Below, piece after piece: positions 1 through 13,982 of a DNA stretch of 64,000 nucleotides; the first letter of the stretch is position 1, and each line of letters starts with the position of its first letter. Source of the DNA: Octopus vulgaris (lineage: Eukaryota); NCBI GenBank assembly GCA_951406725.2, contig OX597831.1:32178001-32242000 (forward strand). Reading direction: 5' to 3'. The position numbers and the translations under genes were made by a program. Under the pieces are notes generated by a model. The model searched no databases and was not told the DNA's origin. It saw only the letters and a program-made list of their open reading frames with translations.

Positions 1-419
1 TCTTGTTTTCATAAGTTCTGAATTAAAAATCTTCCACCAAACTGTAGTCACAATTTATGTTCCTAACACTAGCTTAATGATAACTAAGTTATTTTACTAA
101 ATTCTTTGTTATGTTTAAAGTAATTGAAAGAAACACTGAGCATCTCAACAGAAATATGATAACAAAAGGGTTAAAGTCACCATGATATTTTTAACCCTTT
201 TGATACCAATTTGTCTGAAACTGCCTCTGGCTCTGTAGTACAAATGTCTTGTTTTCAAAAGTTTCGAATTAAAATCTTCCACCAAACCTGAGTCACAATT
301 TATGTTCCTAACACTAGCTTAATGATAACTAAGTTATTTTACTAAATTCTTTGTTATATTTAAAGTAATTGAAAGAAACACTGAGCATCTCAACAGAAAT
401 ACAGTAACGAAAGGGTTAA
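1..419. mobile_element. Two adjacent copies of a piggyBac-like MITE (partial 1-170, full 195-415)
   Basis: TTAA-CCCTTT...AAAGGG-TTAA ends; the two copies are near-identical direct repeats about 20 bp apart. Confidence 0.75.
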
Positions 420-1290
420 TATCATGAGCATGGAGGGTTGAAAAGCAGAGGTTTTTAGGTGGTGTCTATCTTCTCCACACTGGTCCAGTGATCTGACACT
501 ACAAAGTACCATGCAGCAGGACTGAACCTGAAACTTCATTGTTGCAAGGCGGGGTTCTTAACCATACACCCATGCCTGTATGCTTCCGTGTGTGTGTGTA
601 TGTGTGTGTGAGGGTGTATATATAGGTATGCATGTATATAAAATTTGATGTTTGGTGGTGTCATCACATTTGATATAAATCAATAGAAATAAGAGGAAGC
701 TGTATGCTGTTACAGTCAACTTCCAATCATCTTCCCTGCTTCCCCCATCATGCCGTATCCAACAGATAACTCATGGAATTTTTGACAGTCACATCTAATG
801 CCTAGAAATATGTTCAAATATATTCACACACACACACACACACAAAGAGCAGTCAATTAAATTCCAAGCGTCTGTATAATATGTGTTTTCAGGGTAGTAA
901 CAGTGAAGATATTTTATCAATGTTACAACAGCAACACCAATATTGAACACAATAACAACAACAACAACAACAAAGTCAGTCATGACACAGCTAATGATGA
1001 CACTAATTGCATCAAAATAGTGCTTGTCCCCTGGCAAATGTATACCTCTTCTCTCTCTCTCTCTCTCTCTCTGGGTATATCACACGCAAACAAATATCTC
1101 TCACTTTATTACACACACATACACATAATATATATGTGCATACATAATATCAATAATACAATATATACACATAAATAATACATATAATGTATTTATAAAT
1201 AATATATGTAAATATATATATACATATAGGTTTGGTGATGCAAACGGGAGGAGGGAAGGACTCAAAACATGAGTGTGTGTATATATATGC

Positions 1291-1670
1291 TTTTATTTGT
1301 TTCAGTCATTTGACTGCAGCCATGCTGGAGCACTGCCTTTAGTTGAACAAATTGACCCTAGGACTTACTCTTTGTAAGCCTAGTACGTATTCTATCTGTC
1401 ACTTTAGCCGAACCGCTAAGTTATAGGGACATTAAACACACCAATATCAGTTGTCAAGTGATGGTGGGGGTACAAACACAGAAACACAAACATACACACA
1501 CACATATATGACAGGCTTCTTTCAGTTTCCGTCTACCAAATCCACTCACAAGGCTTTGGTCGGCCCAAGGCTTTAGCAGAAGACACTTACCCGAGGTGCC
1601 ATGCAGTGGGACTGAACCCAGAACCATCTGGTTGGTAAACAAACTACTTACCACACAGCCACTCCTGCAC

Positions 1671-1671
<1 letters not shown>
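1291..1671 (-). mobile_element. tRNA-derived SINE family A (CORE-like gtggcaccttgggcaagt segment, internal TA/TG microsatellite)
   Basis: Reverse complement of the copies at 33775-34206, 41301-41682 and 47993-48430; A-box/B-box-like head (tggctgtgtggt...gggttcagtccc). Confidence 0.8.
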
Positions 1672-1764
<93 letters not shown>

Positions 1765-1850
1765 CCCCCCTTCGGTCATGAATGACCATGGGATTGCACC
1801 TAGAAAGTTACCCTCCTAGTCACATATATATATATATATATTATATATAT

Positions 1851-1988
1851 TATTAATTTTTAGCAGAAGCAACAGAGTGACTCAAGGGTTGAGAGTTTCA
1901 TGCATTAACACTTATCAAAGTTTGATAAGTGCGAACATACAAAACTTTCGACTCATGAGTCACTGTTGCTTCTGCTAAATATTAATAA
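1851..1988. repeat. Fold-back inverted repeat between (TA)n tracts, with degenerate hammerhead-like arms
   Basis: ttattaatttttagcagaagcaacagagtgactca... pairs with ...tgagtcactgttgcttctgctaaatattaataa; centre cacttatcaaa-g-tttgataagtg. Confidence 0.75.
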
Positions 1989-2008
1989 TAAATGTCTGTG
2001 TGTGTATG

Positions 2009-2072
<64 letters not shown>

Positions 2073-2646
2073 AAGAGAGACATAGCTATGAACAGCCTTA
2101 GTTATGTGTGTGTGTGTCTGTCTAAATCTCAATATATAGATGTGTGTGTGTACCTATCTATTCTCGCTTCCTCACACTTTCTTCCAATCCTCTCTGCCAT
2201 CTTTCCAATTTCTAATATCTAACACACACACATTTCTGTCTGTCTCTGCTTGTCACACATTCTCCCCGTTGCCTAGGGCAACAATCTCTCTGAGACTTAC
2301 TATACAGCGCCACCTCTATAAAAACATGTTTCCACATGTTTGTTCCATATACATTTACAGCTAAATTCAATTTAACAAACCCAGCAGTAAAGAAGTTAAT
2401 GTGATGAAGAGTTACATGTCCATCATAGGTTGCCGATCCTAATGATTTTTATCAGCCATCATGGCTGGCTTTCTACTGTGACAATTAACGCAACAGCAAG
2501 GGGGAGGGGAAAAAAAAAACTATAAGTAAATAAATAAATTAATAAATTAGTAAATAAATATGAAATTATTAAAAAAAAACAAAAAACAACTGTTTGAAAT
2601 CTATATTAGTCTAGGTTACATAACTGTATATATGAATATACATTTT

Positions 2647-2910
<264 letters not shown>

Positions 2911-3029
2911 CAGCTCACTTTGGTTATTGTTCTTTTGGACTAAGGCTGACCTGGGGGATAAAACAAACTGGTTTTTCCACAACTATTTTGAGGGGAGGGG
3001 GTAGCCGATTACATCAATCCCAGTGCTCA

Positions 3030-3292
3030 ACAGAACAGCCAACTCATGAAATTAGGGTGCGAGTGGCTGAGCACTCCACAGACATGAGTACCCTTAATGT
3101 AGTTCTGAGGGAGTTTCAGCATGAAACAGAATGTGGCAAGGCTGGCCCCTTTGAAGTGCAGGAACAATTCATTTTCGCCAGCTGAGTGGACTGGAGCAAC
3201 GTGAAATAGTGACACAGTGTGCCACCTGGAATCAAACTTGCTATCTTATAATCATGAACCGAATACCCAAATAACTAAGCTACATGCCTTCA
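3030..3292 (-). mobile_element. tRNA-derived SINE family C
   Basis: Reverse complement of the copies at 26275-26570, 38754-39610 and 21015-21735 (gctccagtccactcagctggc...gggccagcctt...gtggagtgctcagccact). Confidence 0.7.
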
Positions 3293-3300
3293 ACACATAG

Positions 3301-3361
<61 letters not shown>

Positions 3362-3989
3362 TATGTACAACTACTTAGAAACCTAAAACAATTAGCAAAA
3401 ACCTGGCTCATACAACCAAGTCCCACTCGATATTCCAATTGACAGCCAGAGTTTGTTTTAGTTCTTTCACATGGATAAACATTTATGTACAGTTAATATT
3501 ACTCTGTGTGTTAGTGTGTGTGTGTGTGTTAATATATCACTGTCATCATTATTGTTTTGATGTCTCCTTTTCCATGTCAGTGTGAGTTGATTAGAATTTA
3601 TCGGGAGAAGACTATCTGCCGCTGGATGCCCTTCCTGCCACCAACCTTTACTTGTTTCCCCTGTAAGGTAATATTTCCTGATGGCCAGACAGCTTTTAAA
3701 ACAGAAGACTGGAAATGAATGACACTGCTTGTATGACAGTGACACTCATTTACAACTATCATGTGATGTCAAGACAAGGAGACAAATGTATATGCAGTCA
3801 CACGCACACACACACGCACACACACAAGATGGGTTACTTTCAGTTTCTGTCTGTGTGTCAAATACACTTTGGTCAGACTACGACTACAACAGAAGACATT
3901 TATTTGCCCAAGATGCCATTCGATGGGACTGAACCCAAAACCATGTTGTTGAGAAGCAAACTTCATAATCTCACGTCCATACTATATAT

Positions 3990-4427
3990 TCTTTTATTTG
4001 TTTCAGTCATTTGACAATGGACATGCTGGAGCACCACCTTTAACTGAACAAATCAACCCCAGGACTTATTCTTTGCAAGCTTAGTACTTATCCTATCAGT
4101 CTCTTTTGCCGAACCTTTAAGTTACGGGGATGTGAACACACCAACATAGGTTCCCAAGCGATGGTGGGGGGGACAAACACAGACACACAAATATATATAT
4201 ATATATATATATATATCTCCCTCTCTCTCTTTCGGAGAGGCACTGAGCAGCTATACGCACACATACACACATGGCAGTAACTTCCACCTACCGAATTGTA
4301 TCACAAAGCTCCGGTCGGCTCGGGGCTATAGTGGAAGACACCTACCCAAAGTGCCACGCAGTGGGACTGAACCCGAAACCATGTAGCTAGGAAGCAAGCT
4401 CCCTAACCATGCAGCCATGCCCGCACC
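3990..4427 (-). mobile_element. SINE family A copy
   Basis: Same head and tail as the other family A copies, with internal TA/CT microsatellite. Confidence 0.8.
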
Positions 4428-4428
4428 T

Positions 4429-4487
<59 letters not shown>

Positions 4488-5211
4488 TGTATGTATGTAT
4501 GTATGTATGTATGTATGTATGTATGTATGTATGTATGTATGTATGTATGTATTTGTATTATTATCGTATTGATTGATTTATATAATATTTTTTAATGCTT
4601 TTGATGTTCTAATTTGTAAAATGAATAAATAATCCAACATTATAATATCCATAAGTTGATGAACAAACCAAATTTGTTTCTCCATTTTCTTATTTGTATT
4701 ATAAATTTAAGGTAAAAGTATTTCTTTACCTTCACCCGTTTAATACAATAAACGACTTAATTGCATTGCAATTAAAACATTTATGTATTAAGAATTTGGG
4801 TACTTTACCAACAGTATATTGGATAAATGATACACCCATAACCCCTATCTTACTTTGTATATATATATATGTATATCATCATCATTGTTTAATGTCCGTT
4901 TTCCATGCTGGCATGGGTTGGACGGTTTGACTGGAGACTGGCAAGCCAGGAGGCTGCACCAGGCTCCAATCAACCACATTTGGGTGCTGCTTTTTATGTG
5001 CCACCAGCACAGGAGTCAGTTGGGGGTGGGGATGGGTGGTGGCATCGACCCTGTTTGGATGGTGCTTGTTACGTGCCACCAGCACAGGGAGCCAGTCAGA
5101 GATAAATTTATTATATTTATAGAGGGGAGACTGTTAGAAGCCACCGTAAGGATGCTTGAGGGCCACATGAGGCTCCGGGACCCTTGGTTAAGACTATGTA
5201 AGACAGCATAC

Positions 5212-5325
5212 CTTAAACTCAAGCTCTTCTTTAACAAACTTGGAGCGGAAGTCAGCCAGAGCTCTTTGTAAGAAGCCATGGGGCTGAAGTAGGAACACCA
5301 CTTGGATATGTGTCGGGAAAAATGC
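5212..5325 (-). CDS. MCF2L: Coding exon of DBS/MCF2L-like Rho GEF, SEC14 domain; gene continues beyond position 1
   Basis: ccttattttccag|GCATTTTTC...TTTAAG|gtatgc, 114 nt, phase 0-0. Translates AFFPTHIQVVFLLQPHGFLQRALADFRSKFVKEELEFK, compare DBS ASFPANLQLVLVLRPTGFFQRTLSDIAFKFNRDDFKMK. Closer to DBS than to Trio/Kalirin by eye. Confidence 0.92.
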
Positions 5326-5896
5326 CTGGAAAATAAGGAAACATAAAAGACATTTGGTGAGAAGATCAAAAAAATGAAGAAGGCATAAATGTCAGAAAAA
5401 TGTCAGAAAAATTAGGAAATATAAGAGTTTGGAAGAGAAACCATAAAAGTTATGCAATAAAGAATGCATTTTATAGTTATTTTTACTTTTGGTAAATGAT
5501 GTCTATGTGTGTGTGTGCTTGTATGTATGTGTGAATGTGTGTGTGTGTGTGTGAAAGTACATATGTGTGTGAGTGCATGTATATTTGGTATATATTGTGT
5601 ATTTGTGTTTGTATATGTGTGAGGGCATATTTAGTATATATTTGTGTGTGTGTGAGGGCATATATATATATATATATTTGGTGAATTGTGTGTGTGTATG
5701 TGTGAGGGCATTTTTGATATAATTGTGTATATGTGTGTGTTTGTTCATCTATACATGTTCATGCATGTGTGTGTGTGTGAATGTTCAAATGTGTGTGTCT
5801 GTATGTGTTTGTTCATCTGTGGAAATATGTGTGCATGCATGTAGATATGCATGAGTTTATTTCAGCATACATTAAGTGTGCCATTGTGTGTGTGTG

Positions 5897-5930
<34 letters not shown>

Positions 5931-5938
<8 letters not shown>

Positions 5939-6111
5939 TCAAAATAAAAACATGATGCAAAGGATTTAGGTACATATGTTTCAGGCCTTTATTAGACGGT
6001 TTTATAACAATATAGACACACATTATGCATTGTTATAAAACCGTCTAATAAAGGCCTGAAACATATGTACCGCTAAATCCTTTGCATCATGTTTTTATTT
6101 TGATTAATATA
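5931..6111. repeat. Near-perfect 81-bp inverted repeat (hairpin) next to a (TA)n tract
   Basis: 5931-6011 is the reverse complement of 6029-6111 apart from a 2-nt indel; 17-nt loop. Confidence 0.92.
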
Positions 6112-7374
6112 CTCTATCACCTACACCACTAAATGGTATATACAGGTGCTTACAATTATCAAGTATTCACCCTGAATTTATATATATATATATATATACA
6201 TATAGTAACATACAATAAGATATTATGATAATATATATTAAATACATTGTAATACAGATGGTCATAGCAATTAAACCCTAAAAGGTAAAATTAATAAACC
6301 AGGGTGCAAAATAGCATCTACAATTGCTAGAAATGAGAGCCAAAATTTAACTTGAACAGCCACACACACACATTTATATATATATATATATATATATATG
6401 CATTTGTGTGTGTATGTGTATGTTTATTTCAGCATGCAGCACAACTGTGCACATATGCATGTGTGCATTGCATTTACATATTTTTTGCTTTATATTATTA
6501 CATTGAAGTTGGAATGTTCTAGATGTCTAAAAAGAAGAACATAAAGCCACGCTTCTTAAAAGCCACCTAAAGTTTACAAATCGAAAAACAGAGAGGAAAT
6601 ATTTCTTTGCTTGTCAAAGAATATTTAAACTGATTTCTTCTGGGAGAAAATAAATAAAGGAAAAAAAACACACCAAACAAATAAAAATATATTAAAAAAT
6701 AAAATAAAATCTACACAAGTTTTTTTTTGTTTCTTTATATTTTTATTATATTTTCAATGGTTGAGTAAATTCTGCTGTAGAGTAAGTGTTATGTGTGTGT
6801 GTGTATATACACTTGTACACACACACATATATACACATATGCTTCTACAAACAGATGTATACTAATACACACACATATACATAAACACATGCACATATAC
6901 ATACATGCACAAAAGTAAAGTATATGTATATATATATATTTACATATAGAAACACATTTATTTGAATATATATATTTATATACACCCATACACACACATA
7001 TAGAAATGCGTATGTGTGTGTGCTTGCTGATTGAATGGTTTACATAGTATGTTGTGACAGCAGACATACATGCACCACACACACACACATACTTTCACTT
7101 CCCACTGCATATATGTGTGTGTGTGTGTTGAAGGTGGTGTATAATTGATGTCAATATGTTGTGAAAGCAGCCATGTTTATATCAACACAGCGGTTGTGGC
7201 TTAAAGCAAATTCTGACTGAAAATGTTTTCTAAATACAACACTAGCCCGTTCTCATATAATGTGTATATAAAATATTGTGTTATATATGTGTGTATGTGT
7301 GTGTGTGTGTGTGTATATATATATACTGAATATATACTGTTATATTTTGTGTATATACAATACTGTGTGCATGG

Positions 7375-7380
<6 letters not shown>

Positions 7381-7423
<43 letters not shown>

Positions 7424-7645
7424 CATACATACATACATACATACATACATACATACACTCACATACATACATAGGATACATACATACATACATACACTAC
7501 ATACATACATACATACATACATACATACATACATACATACATACATACATACATACATACATACATACATACATACATACATACATACATACATACATAC
7601 ATACATAAACGACGATGATGATGATGATGATGATACATACATACA
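7381..7645. repeat. (TA)n-(TACA)n-(GAT)n compound microsatellite
   Basis: Direct inspection. Confidence 0.95.
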
Positions 7646-7808
7646 CAAGGAGCCTGAACAGCCCTTCAGCTGATCAGTTCCTGTCAAACCGTCCAACTCA
7701 TCCCAGCATGGAAAATGGATGTTAAATGATATATATATATAATCTATTGAGTTAGAAAATAGAGAGGTCTAATCGATACAAATTAATTTATTAATTAATT
7801 AACATATT

Positions 7809-7910
7809 CACCTACAATTGTTTCATTTCACAAACAAAATTAAAACTACAAAACATATAAATATATAATTTTGCATTTTTAAATACCTTGTATGGGAAAT
7901 CATTAGGGTG
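7809..7910 (-). ncRNA. Type I hammerhead-ribozyme-like motif with G5>A core change and long AT-rich loop II
   Basis: Minus strand CACC-CTAATGA-TTTC...GAAA-T-GAAAC-AATT-GTA-GGTG: stem I CACC/GGTG, palindromic stem III ACAATTGT. Confidence 0.5.
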
Positions 7911-8244
7911 TACAAAGGACAATACAAGGATTACATTAAGATACATTTGGAATAGCCAGAATATATATAGTACATATAATATTTGTAAACAAACCAGAAG
8001 GCTTTGTAAGTTATGGAGGTAGAGTAACTATGGAAGTCTATTAGTACAATAATAACTATATGATAATATATCATAATAATAATAATATATATACTCCAAT
8101 TCATAAAATTTGGCTGAAATTGATGGGTGAGCATTTGGCCCAATCAAATGTACAAGGAGCCGTGTAGGCATTGATTTGTGGGTTTGATTCTGGCTGGGGT
8201 TGGCTCATCATTTTTCAGTCAATTGTTTATATACAAATGTCACT

Positions 8245-8880
8245 TTAAATTGGGGGCTAATTCATTACATCAACTCCAATGTCTAACAGGTATCTATTTC
8301 CTTGACACCAAAAGTATGAACGGCAAAGTTGACCTTGGCAAAATTTGAACTCAGAACACAAAGGCCAATGAAATAGCACTAAGTATTTTAGTCTGGCATG
8401 GCTAACAATTCTGCCAACTCGCAGCCTTAACATTAACAGCAACAACAACAATAATGGTTTCAGGTTCTAGCACAAGGCCAGTAATTTCAGGAGAGGGGTA
8501 AGTCTATTACATTGACGCCAGGGCTCAACTGGTTCTTGTTTTATCGACCTCGAAAGGATGAAAGGCAAAGTCAACCCCAGGTGAATTTAAACTCAGAACA
8601 TAGCAACAGATGAGATGCCACTAAGCCTTTCTCCCAGCATGCTAACAATTCTGCCAGCTAACCGCCTTAATAATAATAATAATAATAATTTCAAATTTTT
8701 GCCACAAGGGCAGCATGGAGGGTGTGGTGGGGGTTAAGTCAATTACATCGACCCCAGTGCGTAACTTGTACTTATTTAACCCCACTCCCCGAAAGGATGA
8801 AAGGCAAAGTCGACCCTGACAGCAATTGAACTCAGACTGTGATGACAGACTGGCTAATGATTCTGTCAGTTCACTGTCTT
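8245..8880 (-). mobile_element. Three tandem copies of SINE family B (Nin-domain-like) separated by (TAA)/(CAA) tracts
   Basis: Repeated gaaaggatgaaaggcaaagtcgacc...aatttgaactcagaac...ctgccagct..cgccttaa, the reverse complement of the copies at 36514-36952. Confidence 0.75.
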
Positions 8881-8988
8881 GATGATGATGATGATGATAA
8901 TGATAATAATGACAACAGTAGACATATCACTAGACATGTCAGGATAAATCAATTGTTAAGACATCATTATTATTATTAGTGACGAGAT

Positions 8989-9070
<82 letters not shown>

Positions 9071-10226
9071 AATGGGTTAAGAAAGGAAGAAAGAGAGAAA
9101 AAAACAAACCAAAAACCCCAAACAATTTTGTAAGTGGGGAGGAGAAAAGGTTTGAGTAAAGACAAAAAGCCAAAAGAAAAAAAAATCAATGAAAATGATG
9201 TAATGGCTGTAATTTCTAAATTCCATGGGACACCATAACAAGTTGTGTGAATCGATTGAATTTTGACCAATCAATTTAGTTTGAAATTGATCAATCACCT
9301 TCCAGACATCAACATAAGACATCACACACACATACACACACACAATTTGATTGTAACATCTTGGAAACAGAACCTCCTTGTTATTTTAAGTTATATATAT
9401 GTACTTATTAGACAGGCAAACTATAGTGTATGTGTGTATATATATATATATACATATATATATATACATACATACATACATACATACTATAATTTGCCTG
9501 TCTAACTGTCAATGTATTTCCTCACCTATCTAAATAGATCAGACCTTGCATGCATGTATGTGTGTGTGCATGCACATATATCACACACACACACATACAC
9601 AAATACAGTCACACAAACATATTGATTTGTGTATCCTTATATATAACTATGAATCTATCAATGTACATAACTAAGTGAACTGATTGACCAATTGATTGAT
9701 TGACAGTCTGCCTGTCCACATGGTTAGCCAACCACCCTGCTACCCAACCATCCACCATACCATTCGAAATCTTACCTCTACTTATATGTACACCTACCTA
9801 CCCACCTACCTGCCAATGCAGTAGACTATGTTTTGAAGGAGAGTTGGCTGCCATCTAGCATGTCTAGACCAGAAAGAGGCTCCCCACTTGATTGAACATT
9901 ACTGATGGTGATAGGGGCAGATGCAATGAAGTTGTGGTGTTGGGGGTAATGTCTCTAATGGTAATGCGCATGCACGCACGTACACACACACACACATCAG
10001 AGAGATCTTCTGGAAGAGGACAAAATCCTTCATGTTACAAATAACTTTACAAATAACAAAACCCAGCTCTCCTCTCCAAAGACTTGTACTTCCAAAGCAT
10101 TTAATGGATGGTAGGCACAGTTCCTCTTGGATAAGACACAAACCTATTGCAGGTCAGGCCTTTCATACAGAATCAGCAGGGCTAGTAGTGCTTTTGGTAG
10201 GCTTGATAGGCATCTGTGGAAACAAC

Positions 10227-10257
<31 letters not shown>

Positions 10258-10429
10258 TGTGTACAGTGCTCAGGTGCACTACAACTTGTAGGTGGGGACA
10301 TGCACTCTTGCAGCACATCACTACATCCACCATTTGTCAGTATTTCCTTGGTTCACCCAGAGCGACCCTCTCAGCAGTGTCCCAGTCAATCTCCATCTCC
10401 GCAAGATACTTCCTTATCTGCAGTGATCA

Positions 10430-10925
10430 TTCATTTCATTCATTGTTTGACCGTGGTCGAGACAATGGAATTTACTATGTTATGCCAGACTTCACGGTCC
10501 ATCATAGCATTACGGAGGTCCTGTTGCTGGATGTCTGTATCCCTGGAGATTACATCAGGGTAGGAGAGTGTACGCCCTCTGGTATCGCAAGCAGAGGGCT
10601 TCCAGAGGAGAAGAGTAGTAATTACCTCGTTTTCAGCTCTACAACAATGTCCAGCAAACTGGACTCTTCTACCTTTCACAAGAGATGATACAGGTGGTAA
10701 TTTCCCATATATTTGTACTTTGGTTGGGTGATGCTTCCATAAGAGATTTTGAGCTCTCATAAGGAGGCGAGTGTAATTTCCATCCAACAGCCTCTCAAGC
10801 TTCCAGGTCCAGGTTTCTGAGCCATATAGTAGAATTGGTTCAACTGTGGCTTTGAAGATTTTATGTTTGAAATCTCTACTTAGATTTGATGACCAGATCT
10901 TACGCATATCATTACAGGCTGACCA
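10430..10925 (-). mobile_element. RTE-clade LINE 3' fragment (RT C-terminus)
   Basis: ORF 10440-10955 contains KIFKATVEPILLYGSETW, RRVQFAGHCCR and MMDREVW, typical RTE C-terminal motifs; short (AATG)-type tail. Confidence 0.85.
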
Positions 10926-12245
10926 GTGATCATGATGCAAGTGGTCAACCAGCATGAGCCATCGCCCCAGCTGGATCCTCAGAGAAGAGAGGAAAATATG
11001 AAGGACCCAACAACTTGAATCGATGCTTTTAAATTACAGAACTAGCAGGAAGCATCCCAGTTTCTGAGTATCCAACCAATGGTACCCCATAATCCTGTGA
11101 AGTACCCTGGTACCAAAGGAGTTCTTAAGGGCCTCAGACACTGTAAATCTCACAACTATAGATCAGGACAGGGAAGATCAGAGACCTAAAACCCAAACCT
11201 TTGTCCTCGTGATCAAATTTTGGCAGTGCCAAATGCCTTTGTCCAGTGAATCCACGACTGCACCAGCCATGTCCAAGACTTTTTAAGACTTTGGATTTAC
11301 AGCTAATGGGTCACATTGCTGAGACGAGTGAATCAGGGAATTGCTTTATCACTGCAATGGAAGATTTAAACGCTGAATTGTAATTCAAAGACAATGGTTT
11401 GCAGTGAAGAATTATAGAACCATGTTCTGCTACATAATTTATCTTTATTTCTTACTTGTCTCAGTCACTGACCCCTGGTGGTTATTTTTATGCTTGGTAC
11501 TTATCCTATGAGGTTATTTCACCAAACCACCAAGTTATATGGATGTAAACAAACCAACACAAGTTGTCAAGCAGAGTGATGGACAAGCATAAACACATGC
11601 ATGATGGACTTCGACACAGTTTCTACCTACCACATTCATTCACAAAGCATTTGTTAGCCTGGTGTTACAGAAGAAGATACTTGTCCAAGGTGCTATGCTG
11701 TGGGACTGAACCTGAAACCACATGGTTGCAAAACAAACATTTTAAACCTCACAGCCATGCTGTTGGGTGTTGTCCACAGCACATATCCCTAGACAACCAT
11801 GGAACAAGACGAATGCCTGTATTTTACCCTACTGTGTAGCACCTTGAGCAAGTTTTTCTACTATAGTCCTGGGTTGACTAATGCCTTGTGTGTATGTGTG
11901 CATGTGCGCACATGTGTGTGTGTGCATGTGTGTGCATGCATGTGTTTGTCCACTCAGCACTGCTTGACAACCAGTATTGGCTTGTTTATGGCCCTATAAC
12001 TTAGTGGTTTGGCAAAAGAGATCAAGAGAGTAAGTATTAAACTTAAAGAAAATAAGTATAAGGGTCAACTTGCTCAGTTAAACCCTTCAAGGCGGTGCCC
12101 CCACCTAGAAACAAATGTAAAAGGATTCAATGAAGAAATGATGCCATTGGTTACCAACTGTGTCTGTCTGTTTGTCTTGACTATATCTATAACAGTATAA
12201 CATTTTGATGTGTATATGTGGACTGTGTGTGTGTGCTGGTGTTAA

Positions 12246-12293
<48 letters not shown>

Positions 12294-13049
12294 CACACAT
12301 GTGAGAGTGTGTGTATGAGTGCATGGGAGTAAAAGAGTGTGTGCAAGTGAGGGTACATGCGTATGTATGAGTGTGCATGTGTATGAGTGTGAGTGTGTGC
12401 TTGTGTGTGTGGGTGAGTGAGTGCACATGTGTGTATGAGTGAGTGCATGTGTGCGCTTGACAGTTCTGGTGAACATTACTTTAAAAATTAATGTTGACAA
12501 AACACGATTCAGATATTTTATTTAACACAACACACACACACAATTAGACAATAATTAATAGGGAAATATATAGCAGGCCCCTTAATGCCCTCCCTCCCAA
12601 ACCGCACACTGTCCTGACACCTTCTGGAAGAGGTGTGCACAGGAAGAAATCCCATGAGATAATTCGTTTTGGTGAAAACACATTTGATTTACGCCTACAG
12701 ACATTTATATAGAAAGGCAAGTCAATGAGGAGCCACTAAGTGGTCAGAAGAATTGCTAGAAATAACAAGAATATGCAACAATGCAAGAAGGGGACACTTT
12801 AGTGCGTATGCATATATATGTAAGAGTATATTTGTGTATGCTGCGACAAATATGCATGTGTGTATGAATGTAATGTGCATATGTGTGCTTGTGCATGTGT
12901 GTGTGTGTACTTGTATGTGTGTACACACACACACAAGATTTTAATGAGACGAGGAGCAGAGGTGCTGCACATAGTAACAGATTAACAATTTTAATGTTAC
13001 ACATAATAACAGCAACAGCAACAACAATAATAATAATAATAATAATTTC

Positions 13050-13289
13050 TATTATAGGCACAAGACCTGAAATTTTTGGGGAGGAGATAAGGTGATCACA
13101 TCAACCTCAGTGCGTAACTGGTACTTATTTCATCAACCCTGAAAGGATGAAAAGCAAAGTTGACCTCGGTGGAATTTGAACTCAGAATGTAAAGATAGAT
13201 GATATGCTGTTAAGCATTTTGCCTGGTGTGCTAATGATTCTGCAAGCTCAAAGCCTTATTATTTATTATCATTATTATTGATAATGATG

Positions 13290-13336
<47 letters not shown>

Positions 13337-13545
13337 CCTTTCAACTTAAGGTACAAGGCCTGAAATTTTGGGGGAGAGGACTAGTTGATTACATCGACCC
13401 CAGTGTTTCACTGGTACTTAGTTTATCAACCCTGAAAGGCTGAAGGGCAAAGTCGACCTCAGCAGAATTTGAACTCAGAATGTAGTGACAAGTTCAAATT
13501 CTGCTGAGGTCGACTTTGTCTTTCATCCTTTTGGGGTCAATAAAT
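13050..13545 (-). mobile_element. SINE family B copies (two on minus, one short inverted fragment) with (TAA)n tracts
   Basis: Shared aaaggatgaaaggcaaagtcgacctc motif; 13490-13545 is in the opposite orientation. Confidence 0.75.
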
Positions 13546-13571
13546 TACAATAATAATAATAATAATAATAA

Positions 13572-13982
13572 CCAAAAACTGAGCAAATATAAAGATCTTG
13601 AAATAGAAATCAGCAAAATGTTGAACCTGAAGACTAAAACAATACCTGTTGTCATAGGTGCCCTAGGAATGATAGCGAAAGGGGCTGATTGCTACCTAAC
13701 TCAGATACCAGGAAACCCCAAAATGGCAGAAATTCAAAAGATAGTGCTCATGGGAACTGCTCATATCCTATGCAAAATACTTTCTATGTAATCTCAGGGT
13801 TTAAAACAAACATAACTTTTTTTTTTTTTTTAGACATTCACTAGTACAACACCAAAAATAAAACCAAACATATGGCACACTAGGCATAACAACAACATGA
13901 ACTTCCAACCTATTGTCTCCTGAGGTCTCTGGGTGAGACTTGGAGCCAACTTGTACAAATAAAAAGCAAAAGTCAAACATAG
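13572..13982 (+). mobile_element. 5'-truncated R4/Dong-clade non-LTR element (restriction-like endonuclease C-terminus plus 3' UTR) in a (TAA)n tract
   Basis: KLSKYKDLEIEISKM...IPVVIGALG...QKIVLMGTAHILCKILSM* matches the R4/Dong C-terminal pattern; (TAA)n on both flanks. Confidence 0.8.

Noticed and set aside
700-801. Candidate next GEF exon on minus after tttctag
   Set aside because: In-frame stop after 17 codons and no similarity to the expected DBS continuation.
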